DNA from: Candidatus Thorarchaeota archaeon
GTDB taxonomy: Archaea > Asgardarchaeota > Thorarchaeia > Thorarchaeales > Thorarchaeaceae
NCBI GenBank assembly: GCA_008080745.1
Contig: SHMX01000004.1
Location: 210,001-242,000, forward strand
Direction of reading: 5' to 3'
DNA: 32,000 nucleotides
The translations under genes were made by a program, and so were the position numbers. Shown here piece by piece: positions 25,622 through 32,000 of this stretch. The notes under the pieces were generated by a model. It ran no database searches and was not told the DNA's origin. It saw only the letters and a program-made list of their open reading frames with translations. Numbering within the stretch: position 1 is the stretch's first letter; each line of letters begins with the position of its first letter.

Positions 25622-25973
25622 GATTATACACCTTTGTTAGTTTGGAATATAGTATGAAATCTGTCTCTCCAGAATCTCTAACGATCTTATCCATATTACA
25701 GCTCATTTTGAAAAATTATCTCGCAAACAGAACAAGTGTGTTTTATTCTCTGAGGTATAGACTTCAGTGAAACATCAAAAATAATACAATACCCACAATC
25801 TCCATCAATAATATATGTCCCAAGATATTACTAGTTTTAAACTCGCTTTAGTAGAAATAACTCTAACAAAAGAAAAAACGGTATCGATGAACTTCATATA
25901 ATGTGGTTTTTTGTAAGCTCTTAATTTCAATATTCTCTACTCGATATTATTTCGTCAAAAAATAGAAAATATT

Positions 25974-26014
25974 GGAAAAAGAAAAATGAGAACCCAGAAA
26001 CAAATCTGGGTTCT
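25974..26014 (-). terminator. Hairpin plus U-tract terminator
   Basis: 10-bp stem 25989-25998/26005-26014, 11 nt after the stop, followed on - by CATTTTTCTTTTTCC. Confidence 0.8.
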
Positions 26015-26025
26015 TTCTTCTGGAA

Positions 26026-29000
26026 TTAACCAGCTCGTCGTTTCTTGATTTGCATAGCAACAATCACTACTATAATGACTGCACCAATACCTCCACCAAT
26101 GATTAGGAGAAGTCCTAGGTCTATTAGTGGTGGTGTAGTATCTTCAAGAGAAACAACAATTACACTGACACTATCAGATGCTGAATTTCCGTTACCATCC
26201 CACACAGTTAGAGTATACTCGTAGGTTCCTGGTGATAGACCATCTACGTTGAGAATAACGTTTGATCCGCCCCAGTCTCGTGATACCAGTGTAGAACCGT
26301 TAAATTCGATAGTATATCTATCTGGATATTGATCGTCTGCATTCCAAATAATATGGTTCTCTTGAGTCCCTTCAGTGTAAGTTACATCTGAGGGTGAATT
26401 AAGAGTTGGTGCAATATCATCATCAAGTACCCTGATTCTGACACCATCAGCCGCACGGTTACCATCTATGTCATAAACATAGAGTACTAGGACATGTTCT
26501 CCTATATCAAGACTATCTATGTTGACTGAAATAGTACCAGTTGTCCAAGTTCCGGTAGTGAATTCTTCTGTGTCGACAAAAATCACGTAATGATCTGGAT
26601 GAAGGTCTGAAACCTCCCAGACAATCTCTTGACCTGTTGCATCAACAAATGCGAGTCTATTTGGTTCATCACTCAGTGAGGGTTTTGTGTCATCAAAGAC
26701 ATGGATAGTTACTGTGCTACTTGCCGAGTTTTGGTCAACATCCCACACAGTGAGAACTAGTGTGTGTGTACCATGGGCTAAGCCATCGATATCAACAGTA
26801 ATATCGACCAAATTCCAAGCTCCTGAGTCCCATGGACTGGAATCGATAGTTACTGACCAGTTTTTGAGAGCATTGTCTCGTGGTACCCATGTCAGTGTAT
26901 TACCGGTGGAACCCTCTGCATAATAGAACTCATCAAGTTGTTCAATCATAGGTTCAGTAGGAGCATATTCCATTGGATAGTAGTCGATTTGGCCACCTCC
27001 AGTGATGCTGTAGGTTCCAGGTGCACTGTAGTCACTCCAATAGTTACCCATGCTCACATTATCATCCCATAGGCTGGAATTAAGTGCTCCATTATCCCAT
27101 GCATTATCTCCATCACTGAAAGCAAAGATATTATGATGAATGCTGTTTCCAGTTGAACCACTACAGTAGATTCCATCATCGTCACTCCAACGTACAACAT
27201 TGTTAGTTATGGTGTGACCGTCTCCAAAACTTATGTAGATACCATCCGTATTGCTCTCGATAGTGTTGTTATTCACTACCCAATTAGAAGATGAACTTCC
27301 GCCAATTCTTATACCCATATCACAATATCTGATGGTGTTTTCTTGAATGACATATGACTCACCACTATCACCATAAATTCCCCATGTGGCATTCATGATT
27401 ACATTGTTTTCTATGGTAGCATAATCCGAGTCATGCCATCCCCAAATTCCATAGGATTCTTGGTCTAGAACTTCATTGTTAATTATAGATACATTATCGC
27501 TATACTCCATGTAGATCGCACGATAGTTATGATAGAAGAGAGAATTCTCAATGACTGCTAGGTCACTGTAGTAGAGATGAATTCCATAACTACTGCTAGT
27601 ATCCCTGAAACCATGAACTGTGACATCAGTAACTGTGGCATCGTCACAGTATCGTAGATAGAATCCTCTGTATCCATTACCATCCACATCCACATTAGTC
27701 ACAGTGAGATTGTGTGTTTGATATGCAATCAATCCATAATATGCTTCAGTAGCAGTGACATTTTGTATTGTTACATATCCACAATGGTAGACTTGAATTG
27801 GAGCGGATATACTATGATAGGTTCCAGTATCAATGGTCATGTCTGTGCTATTGATTAGTATTATCTGACCATAGCTACTTGCATCTATGTTTATACTACT
27901 CTGATTCAAACCGTAATAAATCGGTAGACCATTTATAGTGTTACCGCTGATGCTGATGATGTAATTAGTCACAGTTGTGTACATGGAGAAACGAAGACCT
28001 GCATCAGTCATGATATTGTTCTCGATTGCAATATTGTCTCCGTAATATATCTCGATTCCATCTCGACGTGAATCATCAATTACGTTACCAGTAACAGAGG
28101 CATTTGTACAGGATGAAACTATTATGCCTGAATACTCTGTCCTTTTTATCTCGTTATTTGTGATTTCAATGTTGGTACATCCTGTTGCGTAGATTCCTTC
28201 ATAGTTTCGATCTAAAGCATAATTACTGATTGTAACATTTACTCCACTATCTACATACAATGCAGTGGATCCTGCATATTGAACAGTACCGTTAGTGACT
28301 TCTAGATTATCCGTAATATCGATGTAAATTGCGGTGTCTGCTACTTGATCGATGTGAAACTCTTGACATATAACATTATCAAAATCCCAAATGTATACTC
28401 CATAGTCATATCCATTGGAGATTACCAAGTTCGTAATAGTAAGATTTTCACCAGTTTCACATACCATGGAAGCACCTCCGATATTGTACAGTTCAATGTT
28501 TGAAAATGTTCCATTGTTAAGATTGGCGGAACTGATGCCTTCATCACTAGCAACTGAGTTGATGTAGACATCTTCAATCTCATACTCGAAGATGTTCTCT
28601 AAAAGAAGTCCAATAATCCCAATATCAATTGCATCATAATCTGATATATGGAGATTTCTGCATTGGTCAGCGAAAATGCCATATGAGCAATCTTCCACAG
28701 TTACATCAGAAACATCAACGTCATCACAGGTGTCTAATACAAGTGATAAAAATCCTCCTTCAAAATAGAGGTTAGTCAAATTATAATCATCACTGAGATA
28801 ACAAAAGAGGCCAATGGTATCAATGTCGTGAAAATCCATATTGATAATATCGACAAAGTAACTTTGGTCAATTCTCAGATTATTTGATCCACTTGTAACA
28901 CTGCCATCTCTGATTATGGTATTGTTACTTTGAGTCACATAGAATCCATAAGTCCCAGTTTGGTCCACAATCACAGTATTACCTGTGCTTTGAAAGTTTG

Positions 29001-29592
29001 GACATTCGTTTACTAAAATTCCCATCGAGTCGTCAGAAAAAATATGACTATTTGCTAACACTAAATCTGTACAGATTGCTAGTTCTATCCCGATGTATGA
29101 AATAGCATTGATATCGCTATTCAAGATTTGTGTGTTGTCTGCAAAATAGCAGCTTATTCCTATGTATTGTGATTCTACAGTGGTATATTCAATGACTCCC
29201 TGAGTAGTATTCTCTAGTAATATTCCTTGAGTATTGGAACCTTGTACAACTAGGCAGTCTCTTATGATAAAGTATGCTGTAGTATTGAAAATATGAATTC
29301 CAATTTCTCCAATGTCCCAAGTGATATTCAGCCCTTCAATAAGATACGGATCTCCACTTGTCCCAGCTCCTGGCCAACCTTGATCCACAAAGTCCTGTGT
29401 ACCATTGATTAGAATAGGGACATGATCAGTCATTTCATCTGCATCAAGTCGGGTTCCTGCCGCTAGAGTTGCGGCCTCTGTGAAACTAGTTTCATTCGAA
29501 GCCACATTCATACTGGGCGTGCCTGTTACAGCCAATAGAGGCTGGACTAATAATATTGTAAGAAGTAGTAAACTTGTGCTACGTTTTATCAA
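26026..29592 (-). CDS. Cell-surface right-handed parallel beta-helix (NosD/pectin-lyase-like) protein with three Ig-like repeats and TM anchor, 1188 aa
   Basis: Signal peptide; PILING...QGWPGAGTSGDPYLIEGL cap; many GI.L..S.N.TI.NN.I coils; GNYWSDY; three roughly 85-aa repeats; TM and KKRR tail; TTG start with GGAGGAGG 5 nt upstream. Confidence 0.9.
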   Translation of the reverse strand: MIKRSTSLLLLTILLVQPLLAVTGTPSMNVASNETSFTEAATLAAGTRLDADEMTDHVPILINGTQDFVDQGWPGAGTSGDPYLIEGLNITWDIGEIGIHIFNTTAYFIIRDCLVVQGSNTQGILLENTTQGVIEYTTVESQYIGISCYFADNTQILNSDINAISYIGIELAICTDLVLANSHIFSDDSMGILVNECPNFQSTGNTVIVDQTGTYGFYVTQSNNTIIRDGSVTSGSNNLRIDQSYFVDIINMDFHDIDTIGLFCYLSDDYNLTNLYFEGGFLSLVLDTCDDVDVSDVTVEDCSYGIFADQCRNLHISDYDAIDIGIIGLLLENIFEYEIEDVYINSVASDEGISSANLNNGTFSNIELYNIGGASMVCETGENLTITNLVISNGYDYGVYIWDFDNVICQEFHIDQVADTAIYIDITDNLEVTNGTVQYAGSTALYVDSGVNVTISNYALDRNYEGIYATGCTNIEITNNEIKRTEYSGIIVSSCTNASVTGNVIDDSRRDGIEIYYGDNIAIENNIMTDAGLRFSMYTTVTNYIISISGNTINGLPIYYGLNQSSINIDASSYGQIILINSTDMTIDTGTYHSISAPIQVYHCGYVTIQNVTATEAYYGLIAYQTHNLTVTNVDVDGNGYRGFYLRYCDDATVTDVTVHGFRDTSSSYGIHLYYSDLAVIENSLFYHNYRAIYMEYSDNVSIINNEVLDQESYGIWGWHDSDYATIENNVIMNATWGIYGDSGESYVIQENTIRYCDMGIRIGGSSSSNWVVNNNTIESNTDGIYISFGDGHTITNNVVRWSDDDGIYCSGSTGNSIHHNIFAFSDGDNAWDNGALNSSLWDDNVSMGNYWSDYSAPGTYSITGGGQIDYYPMEYAPTEPMIEQLDEFYYAEGSTGNTLTWVPRDNALKNWSVTIDSSPWDSGAWNLVDITVDIDGLAHGTHTLVLTVWDVDQNSASSTVTIHVFDDTKPSLSDEPNRLAFVDATGQEIVWEVSDLHPDHYVIFVDTEEFTTGTWTTGTISVNIDSLDIGEHVLVLYVYDIDGNRAADGVRIRVLDDDIAPTLNSPSDVTYTEGTQENHIIWNADDQYPDRYTIEFNGSTLVSRDWGGSNVILNVDGLSPGTYEYTLTVWDGNGNSASDSVSVIVVSLEDTTPPLIDLGLLLIIGGGIGAVIIVVIVAMQIKKRRAG

Positions 29593-29673
29593 GTTATCCT
29601 CCTCCGGCGATTCTGCTGGATATTCTTGCGTTTATATCTCCGCCATAATACCCTGCGAAAATCGGGTGGTTAC

Positions 29674-29706
29674 GTCTCCTTAATTAGGAGACTCAATCTA
29701 ATATAA
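29674..29706 (-). promoter_or_regulatory. TATA-like box (TTATATTA, 29699-29706) with downstream inverted repeat GTCTCCT-N5-AGGAGAC (29674-29692)
   Basis: Both are seen directly. Promoter and operator roles are inferred from archaeal promoter geometry. Confidence 0.45.
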
Positions 29707-29734
29707 TCCTTCGGTCTCTAATTTTAGAAAAACT

Positions 29735-29777
29735 CAAAATAAAGAAAAAAGATAGGAAGAGGGAATAACCCCTCTTC
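29735..29777 (-). terminator. Hairpin plus U-tract terminator
   Basis: GAAGAGGG-gttatt-CCCTCTTC (8 bp) immediately after the stop, followed by CTATCTTTTTTCTTTATTTT. Confidence 0.8.
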
Positions 29778-29779
29778 TT

Positions 29780-32000
29780 TCAGTTTGATTTCCTTTTTTG
29801 GTAGTACAACACTGCTGATATTATGATAATGACTCCTCCAATTCCCGCTCCAATAATGAGTAGAAGGCCCCAGTCGACTGGTGGAGCTATCTCTCCAAGA
29901 GCTGAAACTGTGACATTAACCCCATCTGAGGCTGTCCTGCCGCTCCCATCATAGACAGTCAGGATGAATTCGTATGTTCCGGGAGATAAATCATCCACAT
30001 TGAGAATGATTTTTCCCCCTCCCCAAGCACCAGATTTGATGATGGTGCCGTTCCATTCTATCTCATAGGAGTCCGGATATTCATCCTCTGGTGTCCATAC
30101 TACATAGTGCCCTTCAGTTCCGTATATGTAACTGATATCAGCTGGACTATCGATGGTGGGAGACACGTCATCATTAATCACTCTGACGCGTACAGAATCG
30201 GTATCAGCATTACCGTCTAGGTCTCGAATCTCCATGATAAAGAGGTATTCTCCCTCTGCCATACCGTCGATATTGACTGATAGAATACCAGCATTCCACG
30301 TGCCAGTTTCATACTCTTCACCATCTCGGATTAGGATGTATTCTCCTGGATGAAGGTCTGATACCTCCCATTCCAAAGTCTGCCCCGAACCATCGACAAA
30401 AGCATACTGGTTAGGCAAATCTTCTATCTCTGGAGGTGTGTCATCATATACGTGGATAAGTACGGTATCATTTACAGAGTGTTGATCAACATCCCAAACT
30501 GTCACAACCACTGTATGATCGCCATAAGCGAGTCCGTCAATATTTACTTCAATGCTATCGAAGTTCCAAACTCCCGATAATGTGACTACTCCGTCAATTG
30601 TGACCTCCCAGTCACGCAGAGAGTTATCCAGAGGATACCATGTGATGGTATTTCCTGTAGACCCTTCAGCATAGTAGATATCCATGGGTGAATTGATGAT
30701 TGGCTCAGTTACCATAAACAACATTGGATATCTGTCATCTGAAACTCCTCCATTGACCTCGTATGGTGGATTACCATCATAAGGATACCACCAATTTCCG
30801 GTATCAATGTTGTCATCCCAGAATTTGGCAGAGTTATCATAACCATTTCCAGCCGCGTTAAGATAGAATTCGTTGTAATGTATCTCATCACCTATGGAAG
30901 ATGTTAGGTATACCCCGTATTGATGATTCCAGCGAATCGTATTGTTAGTGATAGTCCAATAGTCCCCGCCCGATACTCTGATACCATAGTTGTTCTCTTC
31001 AATGAGACTCAATGTCACATTGATATAATCATCACTACTTGTGTATCCGTAAATACCATAGGTAGAACAATACCTTATTTCATTATTCACAATATCTATC
31101 TCAGATGAGCTTTGAAGATATATTCCATAGGTTGCATTCTGGATAAGTCCATCTTGGATAGTGATATTATCACTGTTGTAGATGTAGAGAGCTCTATCTT
31201 CGTTGTTCATAAAAGCGCTTTCTGATACTGTGACATTTTCCATTTGCATTAGATATGCCCCAGAGGTGAAGTAAGACGCATCAAATTCATGAATGGAACC
31301 ATTAAATGATGTAACTGCATACATTCCTAATCCAGAACTTGCATCACCAATTGCAGTGATATTATCCAGATGAAAATCAATGATTGAAATCAGCGTTATT
31401 GCCTGATAGAGTATTGGACCATAAACCTCAATATCAGATATCATTAAACCTGTAATATTGTAAGCAAGAATTCCAACTGTAATATCTGAATATTCCATTC
31501 CTGAAATCAGAATGTTAGAGCCCATTGCAATACCTACCGGTAAAGTATTTCTGGATAGCACTCCACCTGTAATATCTGAATTCGTGCAATTTACTAGGAA
31601 TATCTGTCCATAGTCACTTCCATCTATATTCAAGTTATTTTGCTCAAACGCATAGTAATAGGGGAGCCCATTCACGTAATTATTTGATACTGTATTATCG
31701 TAGTACTGACCATTGGTATATAATTCGTAAATGAAACCACAATCTGTCAAGTTGTTTCCAGTTATTGTTGAGTTTTGGATTCGGTCAAAGTAAACTCCAT
31801 ATTCACAATAGCTATCTATTATGTTATCGATGAAGTCTAAATAGTCACTGGAGTATATTTCCACAGCAGAATAACTTCCGTCTATCAGTGCATTCGAATC
31901 TACAACAGTATTTACAGTGGTATCAACAGCTAATAGAGTATACGAGTCAATGAACATATTATTGTATATCGTGGAATTATCTCCATTATCAAGATAGAAT
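29780..32000 (-). CDS. Second beta-helix plus three Ig-like repeat plus TM surface protein (paralogue of 26026-29592), 5'-truncated by the window edge
   Basis: The frame stays open past ATG 31957 to the edge (FYLDNGDNSTIYNNMF...). It has the same NGLPYYY...YGQIFLVN linker, GNWW motif and stalk repeats as its neighbour. Confidence 0.9.
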   Translation of the reverse strand, partial: FYLDNGDNSTIYNNMFIDSYTLLAVDTTVNTVVDSNALIDGSYSAVEIYSSDYLDFIDNIIDSYCEYGVYFDRIQNSTITGNNLTDCGFIYELYTNGQYYDNTVSNNYVNGLPYYYAFEQNNLNIDGSDYGQIFLVNCTNSDITGGVLSRNTLPVGIAMGSNILISGMEYSDITVGILAYNITGLMISDIEVYGPILYQAITLISIIDFHLDNITAIGDASSGLGMYAVTSFNGSIHEFDASYFTSGAYLMQMENVTVSESAFMNNEDRALYIYNSDNITIQDGLIQNATYGIYLQSSSEIDIVNNEIRYCSTYGIYGYTSSDDYINVTLSLIEENNYGIRVSGGDYWTITNNTIRWNHQYGVYLTSSIGDEIHYNEFYLNAAGNGYDNSAKFWDDNIDTGNWWYPYDGNPPYEVNGGVSDDRYPMLFMVTEPIINSPMDIYYAEGSTGNTITWYPLDNSLRDWEVTIDGVVTLSGVWNFDSIEVNIDGLAYGDHTVVVTVWDVDQHSVNDTVLIHVYDDTPPEIEDLPNQYAFVDGSGQTLEWEVSDLHPGEYILIRDGEEYETGTWNAGILSVNIDGMAEGEYLFIMEIRDLDGNADTDSVRVRVINDDVSPTIDSPADISYIYGTEGHYVVWTPEDEYPDSYEIEWNGTIIKSGAWGGGKIILNVDDLSPGTYEFILTVYDGSGRTASDGVNVTVSALGEIAPPVDWGLLLIIGAGIGGVIIIISAVLYYQKRKSN

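Noticed and set aside
25622-25973. 350-bp AT-rich gap between two terminators, with 30-38 codon ORFs on both strands
   Set aside because: No SD, motif, repeat or convincing structure was found, so there is nothing to support a feature.
29598-29650. ZTP (pfl) or c-di-GMP-I riboswitch identity for the leader (UGGCG...CGCC, ACGCAA)
   Set aside because: Only short fragments match and the other conserved core nucleotides and helices are missing; kept as an unassigned structured leader.
1-32000. Classical eukaryotic signature proteins (actin, ESCRT, small GTPases, ubiquitin system), rRNA/tRNA genes and mobile-element enzymes
   Set aside because: No supporting motifs were seen by eye; a tRNAscan, Infernal or HMM run would be needed to exclude divergent cases.

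Overview
A gene-dense, AT-rich archaeal chromosomal segment. It is most consistent with an Asgard archaeon such as Thorarchaeia; this is inferred from the Sec11-type signal peptidase, GGAGG(TG) SD sites and the style of the large single-pass glycoproteins, and was not verified by search. I support 20 CDS, the last truncated by the window edge. The left half holds amino-acid and sulfur catabolism (Kbl/BioF-family acyltransferase, CstB-like MBL-rhodanese, YwrD-type gamma-glutamyltransferase, aspartase, Ser/Thr dehydratase), an MFS transporter, a membrane-anchored HhH protein, an orphan P-loop ATPase, a signal peptidase and an Fe-S protein. The right half is a cell-surface island: a metzincin protease, a 7-bladed propeller with about 22 Ca-binding repeats, a multi-beta-sandwich protein and two tandem beta-helix paralogues; the protease and the two paralogues share an Ig-like stalk module. 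I recognised no rRNA, tRNA, CRISPR, transposase, integrase or reverse transcriptase. The best unexplained signals are: (i) a structured, + strand-biased RNA-like element with 14-bp terminal inverted repeats at 15472-15612; (ii) bacterial-style hairpin plus U-tract terminators after most transcription units; (iii) the orphan ATPase with a possible nuclease-like tail; (iv) an operator-like palindrome and a structured leader upstream of the 1188-aa beta-helix gene.
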